Shown here one piece after another: positions 37,673 through 50,560 of a stretch of 64,000 nucleotides of DNA. The notes below the pieces were generated by a model that worked only from the letters and a program-made list of their open reading frames with translations, did no database searches and was not told where the DNA came from. A program made the position numbers and the translations under genes. The stretch lies in the NCBI RefSeq assembly GCF_009834535.1, contig NC_045697.1, positions 8,930,001-8,994,000 on the forward strand. The letters run 5' to 3'. Position 1 is the stretch's first letter; each line of letters opens with the position of its first letter. The stretch is from Camelus ferus. Its lineage: Eukaryota.

Positions 37673-38479
37673 AGCTCTTCCCACTGTAGTTACCAGGGCA
37701 GAGACACGAGACAGCAATGTATGGGATGGACATTGCTTCTACTACATCCAGCAATACGACCTCAGGTGAGCTAGTCAATCATTCTGTACCTCTGTGTTCC
37801 CAGCTGGATTATGCAGTTCTGATGATGGGATGAAACTGAAGCCCCGTTATTGTGATGCACTAGTCTCCATTCAAAAAGTCATACGAAAGGACAAGGTTTG
37901 CCTCTGGGAAAGACAGGAGTCTAAGCCATAAGGCAGCTCTAGGTGATGTGCGTATGTGTGTGTGTGTGTGTGTCTGTTGCGCTCACACCCAATGTCTCAA
38001 GTCTGGGAGCTGAGGACACCTTCATCTCCAGCTCATTGTTGTTTATTCGGAGCCATTTAGATCAATCATCCTAGAAGCAGCAAACACTTCAGGGACATGA
38101 CGTTAAGTGTCAAGTCCTCCTCAGCTTCCTTGCCAGGAGATCTAGTCTAAGGCTTCACAAGCGGGCTTCTTGAGAGTTATTTGTTTTCAGTCTGCAGTGA
38201 GAGGAACAGCCTGGATGGGAGCCCTGCAGCCGTGGTGCTCCAGCTTTCCTCTTTAGGAAACAGGAGTCCTCAAGGTCCATTATCTGGTTCTGGTCCAGCC
38301 ATTAGGTTGTCCTTTCACAGACAGGGGGTGAATGAGCCCAGTGGTAGAACCCTAGTGTGGGCATAATCCTTGGGTACCTTTTCTGGAATAACATGACATT
38401 CAACCACAGTTAAAAAAAAAACAGCACTGATGTTTTCAGCAATCCGACTGTTGCTGATTTGAAAGTAGATAACAAGAAG

Positions 38480-38885
38480 CAAATTGCCCAGCTAGGATTC
38501 CTCTTCTGCTATTTATTAACTCTGTGACCTGAGGAAAGTTGTTTAAACTATTCATGTCTCAGTTTCCTTGTACAGAAACTGAGAAGAATAGTAGTATTAT
38601 CCTGATAGGTCCTGTGAAAAATTAAAGGAGATAATTTATGAAAAGCAGTTTGAATAGTGCCTGACATATCATAAACCCAATATAAATGTTAGGTGAACTT
38701 ATTATAAATAAGTATTAATTATCCCATTATTCAGTTATTTAACTTAACGCCCCTTATGATAGATATTTTACTTTATTCCCCTTTTACAGATGAGGAAAGT
38801 GAGACGAAACTGTCAAGTAATTCATCCAACCTATCCACGTTTAATAAGCTATAAAATGGGAATTCAAAACCAGGTAGTCTGGAGA
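38480..38885. mobile_element. Two MIRs in opposite orientation (+ ~38480-38715, - ~38750-38885)
   Basis: tgtgacctgaggaaagttgtttaaac...tctcagtttcct and ccttttacagatgaggaaagtgagac. Confidence 0.75.
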
Positions 38886-39081
38886 AATCAAACCAAACAG
38901 TGAGGGGAATGCGACATTTTCCCCAAGGAGAGTTATAAAGTCACGTCACAGCACTTGGGCACTCCAATGTGATGTGACTGTGGTTTCTGCCTACCTTCCT
39001 AGCTGCCTCCAAGTAGCAGACATTGATAAGGGCTACATAATTTTGGGGTAAGAACTTAGGACCTCGAGTCAGACAGTTTTG

Positions 39082-39675
39082 TGTTGTGAAGTAAAATTCA
39101 TAGCCAATGACAAGACAAGAAAAATTTAAACAGTGAAAGTTTTTCTCTGCCCTCTGGCCTTCTTCCCTCCCCGCTATTGTGCATGGTGTACCTGCATTAC
39201 GCATTGATCGGGTCTCCTCCATTGACAGAAATACCCGCTCAGCCATAAAGAGCAAATTCTCAGTAGCATCAACAAGACAACTCCTTAAAAGATACATCTA
39301 TCAAAATTCATCGAATTGTACATCTGAAATACGTATGGTTTGCGGTACAGAAATTGTACCACAATAAAGTTATTTAAAAAATAAAATAAAATAAGTTTAA
39401 AAATTAAAAAAAGATAATATTCCTTCTTGATCTTGTAAGGGGTCCCATGATCCATCACGATGATGCTCTGATCTGGATTGTGTAAACTATCATAATGTGC
39501 AATTAATGTACAGCCCTCTATCTCAAAAACCTTATATAACTGTGCCTTGATGTCTAATGGGTGGAACAGTTCTCAGCGCTTCCTGAGATGCTTTCCTGTG
39601 TTATAATCCTCAAATTTGGCTTGATAAAAATTTTCAATTTTTTTCTTAGAGTGACTGATAAATTTTTTGTCAACG
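39082..39675 (+). mobile_element. ERV1 solo LTR inserted in a MIR and carrying an internal retro-insertion
   Basis: tgttgtgaagtaaaattc start; TATA-like cttatataac; gaacagttctcagcgcttcctgagatgc...ttttgtcaac end; MIR halves either side (gagtcagacag | agtagctgtgggacctttagcaaattactt). Confidence 0.75.
39295..39408 (+). mobile_element. Short L1-mediated insertion of the same L1MC/ME-like terminus as 29631-29705
   Basis: 64/75 ungapped identity to 29631-29705; A-rich tail; candidate TSD AAAAGATA at 39287-39294 and 39409-39416, at a TT/AAAA site. Confidence 0.8.
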
Positions 39676-39839
39676 GGGTAGAAACTTATATTTTGCCTCT
39701 CAGTAGCTGTGGGACCTTTAGCAAATTACTTACGTTGTGTAAGCCCACACAATCCTAATAACATCGTTGTATGTTATGCATATAAATTACTTAGCAAGTA
39801 TCCTAGTATATTATGAGTCCTCAGAAAGCATTGGTTATT

Positions 39840-40030
39840 ATGGTAGATTCCAAAATGGCCCCAACTCTCCTTTCCTATGCTGACACACTTTTTCCCATGT
39901 AATTTTTAAATGCCTTTATTCTGCATCTAGATTCAGCCATAAGACTTGCTTTGACCAATAGAATGGAGTGTGTACCCCAGTTCCAAACCTCCTGTATCCT
40001 GATCATCATAATGAGAACATGTGCATCTGG
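39840..40030 (+). mobile_element. MLT1 (G/H-like) LTR fragment
   Basis: tggtagattccaaaatggccccaa...gacttgctttgaccaatagaatgg. Confidence 0.55.
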
Positions 40031-40263
40031 GGAGGGAAGGGACAAATGGGACTGTGTTGAGTTACAGAGTTTGATGTAGAACTGGGATTTGAATCCAGAT
40101 CTAGCTGACTTGATAACTAGGGCTTTTGTCCACTCTGCTAGTCTGCATTGGATTAGTATTGCTACGGCTGGAAACTTGGGGACAGATGTAAGGCAGTCTT
40201 TTTTTCTTTTTTTCTTTTGTATTAGACCAAATTACCAGGAAAGGTTGCAGAATCAAATCATAT

Positions 40264-40908
40264 ATATTAAATATTTTTTATTGAAGTATAGTCAGTTTAC
40301 AATATTGTGTCAATTTCTGGAGTACAGCATTATGTTTCAGTCATACATATACACATATATATTCCTTTTCATATTCTTTTTCTTTATAGGTTACTATAAG
40401 ATATTGAATAAAATATACAGTGGAAACTTGTTGTTTATCTATTTTATATATAGTAGTTAGTGTCTGCAAGTCTTGAACTCCCTATTTATCCCTTCCCACC
40501 CCCTTTCTCCCTATTAAGCATAAGTTTGTTTTGTGTCTGTGAGTCTGTTTCTGTTTTGTAAATAAGTTCATTTGTCTCTCTCTCTCTCTCTCTCTTTTTT
40601 TTTTTAGAGTTCACATAGAAGTGTTATCATATGGTATTTTTCTTTCTCATTCTGGCTTACTTCACTTAGAATAATGATTTCCAGTTCTATCCATGTTGCT
40701 GCAAATGGCATTATTTTATTCTTTTTTATGGCTGAGTAGTATTCCATTGTATTAATATACCACAACTTCTTTATCCAGTCATCTGTTGATGGATATTTAG
40801 GTTGTTTCCATGTCTTGGCTATTGTAAATAGTGCTGTTATGAATATTGGGGTGCATGTATCTTTTTGAATTAGAGTTCCCTCTAGATATATGCCCAGGAG
40901 TGGGATTG
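40264..40908 (-). mobile_element. Young-type L1 3' end, 5'-truncated
   Basis: ttgaagtatagtcagtttacaatattgtg...tatgcccaggagtgggattg; TSD agaatcaaatcatat (40249-40263) / agaatcaacttatat (40909-40923), 13/15 identical. Confidence 0.93.
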
Positions 40909-41184
40909 AGAATCAACTTATATTTAATCGAAATGTAATTACAACAATGAGTAATAACAAGAAAGAGAGAAAAAGGAAATTTGTACTCATAAAAGCAAAA
41001 TCGGTTTTCTAATGTGTACACAGGCAATGCAGAACAGCTCCTCTGTAGTCATGTCTAAAGTATAAATTCCTTTTGTAACACATGAGCCTAAATTTAGTAG
41101 AATAAGCCTTCTTGATAAGACTGACACTTCATAGATCCACCAGTCAAATGTCTAGGTTCAGTTGTGCTTGTCGCCAGCGGACCA

Positions 41185-41910
41185 GTATAATAAGGAATAT
41201 GACTGGACTTTGTTTTAATTTTGGGGAAGGAGACTCTAAATACTTGGAATTTCCTTAGTAATAGGAGCGTCTTTGCTATTCATGAGCCCCTCAGATCATA
41301 CCTGAGTTTCTGCTAATGAGGTGACTCCAGATGGAAGCTGGTTGTTCTGGAAAGACAAACTCTGCCACTAGAGGGTAGGGGCTTTGAGCTTGGTGATATC
41401 AGCTGGATCTCTCCATCCCTGGGTAGGGAAGGGAGGCTGGAGACTGAGTTCGATTATGTGGCCAATGATTCAAGCAATCATGCTTACATAATGAATCCCC
41501 ACTAAAATCTCCAAATGTGGAAGCTTAGTGGAGCTCCCTGGTTGGGGAAAACGTTGATGTGCCAAAGGGCTGACATATCCTGATGCCACAGGGAGATAGC
41601 AGAAAGACTCTGCATTTAGGACCCTGTCAGACTGTGTCCTGTGTCTCCTTACTTGCCTGGTCCTGATTTGTATCCTTTATAATAAACTGTAATCATAAGG
41701 AGAATACATTCCTGAGTTCTGTGAGTTGTTCTAGCAAATTATCAAATCTGAGTGGTGATGGGAACCCCTGGAACCCCTAGGCACTTGGTCAGCAGCATGG
41801 GTGGCCTTGGGATCCCCAAATTTGTGACTGGCCTCTGCAGTGAGGGCAGTCTTCCTGGAGACTATGTCATTAACCATGGGTGGTTACCAACGGAATTGCA
41901 CCGCAGTATG
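41185..41910 (+). mobile_element. MER21-like ERVL-class solo LTR
   Basis: cttggaatttccttagtaataggag...gctaatgaggtgactc...tatcctttataataaactgtaat...cctgagttctgtgagttgttctagcaaattatcaaatctgag. Confidence 0.8.
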
Positions 41911-42119
41911 GCCTGATGAACTCACATGCTTTCCTTTTAAAAATTAACATTTTACATTACATAATAATAATATATTCTAGTTAAAATGGAAAGTTTTTGA
42001 ATGTTGAACCTCTTTTGTCCATCTCTTCCTCAATCTAGTTTTTCTTCCTCTCAAAATAAACCACTTTGTTTACTTTGTTATGTAATTTTTCCAGTCCTTA
42101 TTTACACATTTATACACAT

Positions 42120-42318
42120 ACAATTGTTCCCTGGTATCTGGGGGTATTTGTTCCAGGACCCCACCCCCCAACCCAGCCCCACAGATACTAAAATCTGTGG
42201 ATGCTCAAATCCTGCATCTGTAGATTCCACCAACCACACATCATAAACATGGTACTACTCGATCTGTGATTGGTTGAATCCTCAGATGCGGAACCCACAA
42301 TCATGGATGGACAACTAG
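42120..42318. mobile_element. MER2/MER8-like Tigger MITE within an old L1ME fragment (~41940-42650)
   Basis: tccctggtatctggggg...ttccaggacccc...atactaaaatctgtggatgctcaa...ttggttgaatcctcagatgcggaaccc. Confidence 0.8.
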
Positions 42319-43124
42319 ATGTGCTTCCACAGATAATACAAAGTGTTATTTTATGTTTGGGTTTATTTGACATGAAGAGCATCATATCTATCTGACTTTT
42401 TTCTTTCAGTAAATGATACATTTTGGAGATCTGATATTTATAGTGTTACCTCATTAAAAACAAACAAGGCACAACACTTCTGCGTAATCATTCACCCATT
42501 GATGGGCATGGAGGTTGCTTGTTAACTTTAGCTATTATGTCAAATAATGATGTAATAATCATTCTTGTGCATGACTCCTTGGACCCATGTGGGAGTGTTT
42601 CTCTAGGGAGGGTATCTTTGAACAGATCTGCTATGTGCCTTTGAAAATTTCAGTGTGTCTTCAATCATCTGATTTGACGCTCTTAGAAATAGTTTATTTA
42701 GTGATGGTTAGCTGATTTAGAACTAATTTCCAAAAGTTATAGCAATTATGCACTAAGTGAAGATTAAGAACAACTTGTTGGTAGGTGGGCTGGCTCTCAA
42801 ATGACCACCAAGGGGGATAGATGTTTTATTTTTGGCTGAGGAAAACATTCTATTTTTGTTTACCATAAGTTGTAAGATAATTTAGAAAGTGAGATTTTTA
42901 GGAAGAATGAATAAACAGTTAATGTTGTGATTTTGCAACTTATGGCCAAATTTGTTTGCATGCTTTACATATGAACATGTGTGTGTGTATACACATATGT
43001 GTATCTGCTTGCAGGTGTACTTACACACATAAGAAAATAATTTTTATTTGAAGATGAGGCATTATGTTCCCCAATCCTGACAAGTTTTTTCCCAACTCTG
43101 GAAGTGCTAATCATGGAGTAAGTA

Positions 43125-43516
43125 TGTATTAGTCTGCTCATGCTGCTGTAACAAAATTCCACAGACAAAGTGACTTCAACAACAGACATTTATTTCTCAA
43201 AGTTCTTGAGGCTGGGATGTCCAAGTGCAAGGTGTTGGCTGATTCAGTTCCTGGCAAGGGATCTTCGTGGCTTGCAGATGGCCACTTTCTCACCTGTGTC
43301 CTCACATGGTGGAGAGAAAATGCTGGTAGATACTTCTTATGAGAGCACTTACAATTTTTTCTTCTTTTAGAGCATTAATACAATCTTGAGTTTCCCACCC
43401 TCATAACCTCATCTAAAGCTCATTATTTCCCAAAGACTCTGTCTCCAAATACCATCATATTGGGAGTGGGACTTCAAAATATGAATTTTGGGGAGACACA
43501 AATTCAGTCCCTAAGA
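43125..43516 (-). mobile_element. MaLR solo LTR, MLT1A-like
   Basis: tgtattagtctgctcatgctgctgtaacaaaattccacaga...tctccaaataccatcatattggg...atgaattttggggagacacaaattcagtcc. Confidence 0.9.
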
Positions 43517-44259
43517 GGTTACCTCATCTTTATCCCAAGCTGTTGGGAGAATGGTACCTCCTCCCATACATGTGCACATAGATTTTCTTGTGCATCGCAA
43601 ACTTGTAGCCGATGATTTCTTGCTGCAGTTATTCTTTTAAATATTCTCTTCTCTCACCCGTGATAGGTATGGAGCTGTGTTCTACAGCCATCTTGGTATT
43701 TCCTTCCAAGATGCCAAAATGATGCTGTCACCAGAAGGTTCAGAAATTTTGATTGGATCCCAGGGCATTGATACTCCTATGTCTAAACAGTTAGGTAAGA
43801 ATCACAGCCTTGGACACCAGGGCATGTTTACTTACTTAATCTTTAGGCTCATCACAGACCATCATCTTTTTACACAGGGTCCATTCTCAGGAGACGAAGC
43901 CCGGAGCAATCCTGACCCCTTATTCTTTATCTTGCTCAGTTTCTTGCCTTCAGGTAATTATTTCTGCAGGCAGTTTTCTAATCTTGTATCTATGAGAAAA
44001 ATGATCAGATTAAGTCCAGGGAAGATGCTGTATGTGGTTAGCATTCTTTCCTGAATTAGAGAAAGGGGGTGGGTTCTAGGTGCCCTATATTTGTTACCCT
44101 GCAAAGTTATTTTCTTTCTCCTCTTCTTGATTCTCTTGCCACATCTTCCCTCTTCCATATATTCATCACAGTTCTTCTGTCTCTTCTTTCTTTCTTCTTA
44201 AGCCAGTTTCACAGTATCATTACTCAGGAATCATGGTACCTCGATGACAATTATTTATC

Positions 44260-46945
44260 TTGATAGCTAACATTTGCCAAGTGACTCATTGGTTATAGGA
44301 CCTACATGTTTATACTTAATTCCCACACCAATCCTAAGAGATTGGCCCTAAAATTCCTTATTCTATAGGCTCAGAAAAGATATATAAGTTTCCCAAAGAC
44401 TCACAGCTAGAAGTGGCAATGCCAGGATTTGTACCCAAGCAGTCTGATGCCATTCTTTTAATTGCTACCCTGTTCTGCATAAACTGGGAATTTCACTTTA
44501 CATCAATATTATTTAATTCTCATAATAATACTTTAAAGTTGGGATGATAAATTCATTTTTTAGATGAAATTACCAACCTCAGCAAAGTTAGTTTACTCAA
44601 GGTCATCAAAAAGTGGAGAAACCAGCAGAAACTTTTCCTCTTCTTCAGACTGTCTCAATTTAATTCCTCTTTGTTGCGTTGAGTTGAATCAAAGTCTTAA
44701 GGTTTTCTGTGCCAAACCAGGAAAGGAACTGTGAAGTTCAGAATATGTCTGTTTCATTGACTTTCTCTTGTTCTTTTCTTACTTTTGTGACCTTGCAGGT
44801 CCTGTTACCTTCACCCCTTAATAAAATGTGGTTCATGTTGCCCCCTGGTCTCCCCTGTGCCCTGCTTCTGCCACCAAGCTATAGCCAGACCAATCACATT
44901 TTAAAGTTGTCTGAAGTTAAGTTCAAACCTCCAGAGTCCTTTCAGCTTTAAAGAGCCCTGAATCTAATTTTAAAATGATTTATCGTTGCAATTTGTGCTA
45001 ATATCATTATAAATCATCAATTTACATAGACTGAAGATCTGATTAATTCAAATGTATTCATTTATTTTAGATTAATATTGCACCCACTGACTAACCTCTG
45101 TATTCATTTACACACAAGATTAGAGACAGATTATTACATCCAAACAAGTGCCTATGCCAAGCAGCTTGAGTAGAATTGTCCATTTCCAGTACTGGCAGGA
45201 TAGCTCGAGGACTGCTTTTGCAGAACATCTGGCGCGTCGCCCTAGCAATAGAGCTTCGGCTTCTGACTCTCACATCGTTGCTGTTGCCTGCACTTTCCCT
45301 GTATCCGGGCACACTGCCACTTTGTCAGGCTTGCCTTGCCTGTCTACAGAGACACATGAATATTCAAAGACTGTTTACTACAAGCTTAGTCATGACATAG
45401 GACTTTATGGTTCGAACTCATTTAATCCTTACAACAGCCCTATGGAATAGGTATGAATATCCCATTTTACAGAGGGAGGAAAGAGGCTTAGAAGAAATTA
45501 GTAACTTGCCCAAGGTCAGGCTAGTAAGTGTTATAGCTAACACGTATTGTAGGCAGAATTTGAGCCCCCCAAATGTGGCTCCTGGGTCCATGCTGTTATC
45601 CACTCCTGCTCTGTGGCTTTAGGATCAACTGGAATCATGCAAGATTGAAAGGGTCCTTAGAGATTTCTTCAAAACATCTCTAACGCTAATTGTTGATATA
45701 GACACTCCGAGGGGCTGAAATCACGTGCAATAGCTCCTACGAAACCCCAAGACACTCAGTCTAGTTTTGGACAGAAGACATTTGCTCAATAGACTTAAGT
45801 ATCAATTAGCTGTTGATTATTCCCTGCCATAATGGAATTATATCTTTAGGGTGAAGATTAACTGATTAATGCTCTAGAATTTTGGAGTTGTACGATGTGA
45901 GTCGTGGTTTCTACTTCCATCAATTCTTAGTTCAGTCACCATGCGCACAGCCCCTGGGGAGCCTTGATTTCCTGCTCTGTAAAGTGGTTGTCCTGCCTCC
46001 CTGACGGGATCCACGAGCTTCCATGACACGTCAGCCTAGTGCACAGTGCCGTCTCATGGGCAGTCCAGGACCTCATTAGCCTGGACCTGAGTTGCTAACT
46101 CACTGCAATTTTCCCCGAGGGCTTCACTACTGACGGAGAGCCCAAGAAGCCAGTCACCTGTTTCCAATCTGTTAGAAGTTTACAGGCAAAGGCAGTGGGT
46201 TGACTTGAAGCGCAAAACATGATTAATGATTTGAAGTACTAATGAAAGGTTGGCCCTGCAAAAATGCCTTTCATATATATTTCCAAAAAGGTCTTTCTTA
46301 CCTAAGACCTTGAATTTTAAATTACTTTCCTAGGTCCACTTTTTATAGCCTAAACATATCTGTCGGCAACCTATTGCGTGAAAAACATTTTGCCTGGTGG
46401 GAGAGGAAGGATGTTAACAATAATAAATGTATCATAAACTTGTAGAGCATAGTTTTTTTTTCCAAAGTACTTTCGTGTACTGCATTGTTTCATTGAAAGA
46501 GCGGTGAAATGAGAGACCAAGGTTCGAATCCAGGCTTTGTTAATGAAGTGATCTCAGATAAGCCATTGTCCCTCCTTGGGTACTGATTTCCCTATCTGAT
46601 TTGGGACCTGGATCAGTTGATTTGAACTCTACTTTTCTATTATTCTTGATACTTTGTTTATTTAAAGTGGAAGGTGTAGTCCCTCACACATTGAAAGGCA
46701 CATGCTTGGAGTTTAATAAAGATTTGATGGACTGAAATAAATCACGGGGTCTGGCACCAGGCTGCTGGTGTTCAAATTCTGACTTAACTATTTACTACAT
46801 AGCAAGTTGCTTGATCTGTTTCCCCATCTGTAAAATGCGGGATGATAATAGCATCCATCTCACAGGCAAGGAGTAAATTAAGTTAATAAATGTAAAATGC
46901 TAGAGCAGTGACTGACTCATAGTAGGCACTCAATAGATGTTAAGT
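44260..46945. mobile_element. MIR-rich interval (- ~44260-44480, - ~44490-44620, - ~45410-45615, + ~45870-46080, + ~46480-46590, + ~46740-46945)
   Basis: Repeated MIR cores, e.g. cccattttacagagggaggaaagaggcttagaagaaattagtaacttgcccaaggtca and ttccccatctgtaaaatgcgggatgataatag. Confidence 0.7.
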
Positions 46946-47284
46946 GCATCTGTCCGGTTAAGAAGTTTGGAACATACTCACACACAGCATGTACCTACCC
47001 ATGGTTTCAATAAATCCAAACCAGACACGAAGGTCTGAAGTAGAACTGAGCAGAGGACAGGACCGGATTCAGGAGTCAAAAAAGGAGGTCTCTGGAACAC
47101 TAGACGAGGTTGCAACTTTCCCCGGGAGATGAGCATTTTCAAAGGGCAGAGGGAAGGTGAACAAGTGAAAAATAGCTCAAGGTGTTGGAGCTTGGGGACC
47201 AGGCTTCAGGGAAGAATGTTCTCCACGCTACTCATTCTGATTATCCCAATGGTCAAATTTATTTTCATGAAACTGATTGTCCTT

Positions 47285-48055
47285 TTTAAAAACAAGTTAG
47301 AGACAATTTTTTGGGAGCACTTTTAGATTTACCACAAAACTGAGAGGAAGGTACAGAGATTTCCCATATACCCGCTGCCCTCACACAAGCATAGCTTCCC
47401 TGTTGTCAACATCACTCACCAACTTGGTGCTTCTTTTTTTTTTTTTAACCAAGATGAACCTACATTGACACATCATAATAACCCAAAGTTCATAATCTAC
47501 CTTAAGGTTCATTCTTGGTGCCATACATTCTATGGGTTTGGACAAATATATAATGACATATCCATCATTATAATATCATGCATAACATTTTCACTTTCCT
47601 AAAAGTGCGCTATGTTCTGCCTATTCATTTTCCCTTCTCTCCTTCCCCCCTTGCCTCCTGCAACCACTGATCTTTTAATTTTCTCTATGGTTTTGCCTTT
47701 TCCAGAGTACCATATAGTTGGAATCATAAATATGTACCTTTTTCAGTAATATACATTTAAGATTCACTTAGTGATAGGCATTTAAGATTCCTCTATGTCT
47801 TTTTTATGTTTTTATAGCTCATTTCTTTTTAGCACTGAATAATACTCCATAATAATATGAGTGTATCACAGTTTATTTATCCATTCACTTACTAACGGAC
47901 GTCTTGGTTGCTTCCAAGTTTTGGTAATTATGAATTAAGTTGCTATAAAGCTCTGTGTGCAAGTTTTTGTGTGAACATATGTCTTCAGCTCTTTTGGGTA
48001 AATGTCAAAGAGCGTGATTGCTGGATCGTATGGTAAGAGTATGCTTAGTTTTGTC
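47285..48055 (-). mobile_element. L1MC1-like 3' end
   Basis: aaaactgagaggaaggtacagagatttcccatatacc...gatgaacctacattgacacatcataataacccaaagt...attgctggatcgtatggtaagagtatg. Confidence 0.9.
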
Positions 48056-48640
48056 TCCTTTCTTTTTAAAAGCATTTGAGTTTTCTTGTCCAGTAGCTTC
48101 CTTCTCCTGCATTTGGCAAATTTGTAGGGATCTTACTGTTACCCCAATGGACACTGGCCTTGCTATCCATCCACTATTCCCACCCTAAGAGAAGGGTCCA
48201 CCATCTTCATCCATCAAGCCTCAAGTTCTGTGAATCTTAGACGTTCCAAAGTATTTCCATCCATCTGATTCGCTCTTTCTCAACTTTCAGGTCAAGGTCA
48301 CTTTGTCTCTCACTGAGATTACCATGCAGTCATCTCTTGCCAGTCTCTCTGCTTTTGGGATGGGAGCCCCTCCTGGCTGGCTTCAGAGCTTGTACTGTTA
48401 ACATCTCTCTCCTGTGCAATAGGAAGGAGCAGAGAGCTTAATTAATCTGGTTTGTCCCAAATAATTTCTAGCTTCACCTATATACTCTTGGGGAAGTTAC
48501 TTAACCTGTATGGCTCCATTTCCTTATCTGTAGATTTTTGTGAAGATGAAATGCAATTACCTATGCCAAGTACGTCACATAGTACCTGACTCATGGTCAT
48601 CCTCAAAAATCAATACTCTCCCTATTCCTCATAATACAAT

Positions 48641-48679
48641 CACCACCACCACCACCACCACCACCATCATCATCATCAC
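48641..48679. repeat. (CAC)n-(CAT)n compound trinucleotide repeat
   Basis: A CAC run followed directly by a CAT run. Confidence 0.9.
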
Positions 48680-50049
48680 AGAAGTGAGGATGGAGTGAAG
48701 GACGAGTTCTAGGTGTCACTCATGCTGCAGTTCTTGGCGTCAGCCAGTCACCAGCACATCCATCCGTGCCTGCTGAATTATTAAGACCACGAGGCCCTTG
48801 AAACTGTAGCGCATAAGAGATTCTGAAGGAAATAATGTAGCTGAGCCGAGTGAGAGGAGGTGGCATATATCCGTACCTTTTCAAGTAGGTGGAAAAGGAA
48901 CTAGGAATATTAGTAAAAATAATGTCATGACAGTAGTCGTGCAACAACTTTTACTGATACTGCTGTTACTCCTGTGAGTACAGGCACGGTGAAAAGTTAA
49001 CAACCTTCAGCTTTCTTCTATAGCTGGAGAGCCAGTGGGAGGAGGCGGAAGGGCACACACCACAATGCACGTCTATCTAGCTTCTTCCCAACAACCCTAC
49101 TCTCCTGTTTTAATGTCCCTCTTTCATGTCTGGAAATTCTGAGGCTTAAAGAGTTGAAGATGGCAGAGCCCAAGACTCTTCTAAGGCACAACGTTCCTTC
49201 TCTGGGTTTTGGTTCACCACGGGAAGCCCTTGTTATCAGTGTCATATGTATGTCTAACAATGCCGTGATTGCCTTAGGACACAGGGAGACCTCCACCACA
49301 GGAGCTCTTCAAGGTGAAGCTCATGCATTTGGAAGATTTAAGCATTTAAAGGGGGCTGGGATGAGATGATTGTTAAGGTTCTCCTGAAGCCGAAGGTGAA
49401 ATGCTGCCCATGGCTGACAACCGTGGAACATTACGGTTTTGTTTTTATTCAGGACTGTATGAAAAGAGCTCTCCTCTGCCCACTGGAGGAAGCCTACACC
49501 TTGAACAGGACCTCCAGTTTGTAAGAGTATGTTTAAAGATGCACTTGTGTAGTTAGTTAGTAACCTTTATCTGTAAATCTCCTCAATGAAATTCTGCAGC
49601 TTTAATCGGCCATGAAACCCACAAAGGGGCATTTTCTTTAGCTAAAGTCAGCATTTCCAAGCTTCCTGTAAATAATCACTCACATGAAGCAGTTAATAGA
49701 TTTCCTCATACAGAACAGTGTTGGCCACCAATGGAAAAATTCGCTAAAAGATAGATTGCTTTCCTGTGGCCTTAGAACAACTGCTGGTTGGAATCTTTAT
49801 GCTATCTGACACCCCTAGTTAACGTCAAGACTGGAAGCACTGATTCCAGGGCTGAATGAAGACAGATCCATGAGGGGTCCCACTCTCTTGCCTTACCAAG
49901 CCTTGCCTCCATGCTGGGCACAGTTTTTGGGGATTTCCATGCATTATAACTTACGATCCTCAAAGCAACCTTGCTTAGAATGGACTTTATGGATGTCATT
50001 TTACAGATGCAGGAGCTGGGGCTCAAAAAGGCTAGATCTGAGCTGCAGC

Positions 50050-50223
50050 TATTTAGATTTACGTTTATATTAATTAAAATTAAATAAACTTTAAAATTCA
50101 GTTTCCCAGTCTCTCCAGCCACATTTCAAGCACTCATCAGTCACCTATGGCTGGTGGCTACCATACTGGACAGTGCATATTAGAATATTCCCATTATCCA
50201 GGAAGTTCTTTTGGGTAGTGCTG
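50050..50223. mobile_element. MER3-like hAT-Charlie MITE next to a MIR (- ~49880-50040)
   Basis: taaaattcagtttcccagt...agccacatttcaagcactc...tggctggtggctaccatactggacagtgca. Confidence 0.8.
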
Positions 50224-50560
50224 GCCTGGAAGGTTGGTTAAATGGTAGAGCTGGGATTGGAAAACCAGACCTTTGTGTTCTTTGTACAGTGTTGCACTTC
50301 AGAGAAAGTAGTGTGTGATCTATATAGCTCCTTAAGTTGGATGAATGAAGTCAGCAGGAGCATCACAGTAGATATGTGACGGTTGTGGGATGGCGGAGAG
50401 TGAGCACTTAAAATAGGCTTCTTGGATATCACCAGATGTTGACCAAGTTCACACAGTTAAACAGTGTCAGGGCTCAGACTTGACTCTAACTCTGTAGATA
50501 GCCCTTCCCTTCAAAAACCTACTCTGCTTCTCTGTGTGACTTAAAAACCCAGTGTATTTC

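Noticed and set aside
29431..39367. Peptide IYQNSSNCTSEI shared by two ORFs
   Set aside because: A by-product of the duplicated non-coding L1-like terminus; the surrounding frames are unrelated
34532..41910. An intact provirus between the LTRs
   Set aside because: The LTRs are from different families, two have their own TSDs, and no gag/pol/env or primer-binding site is seen
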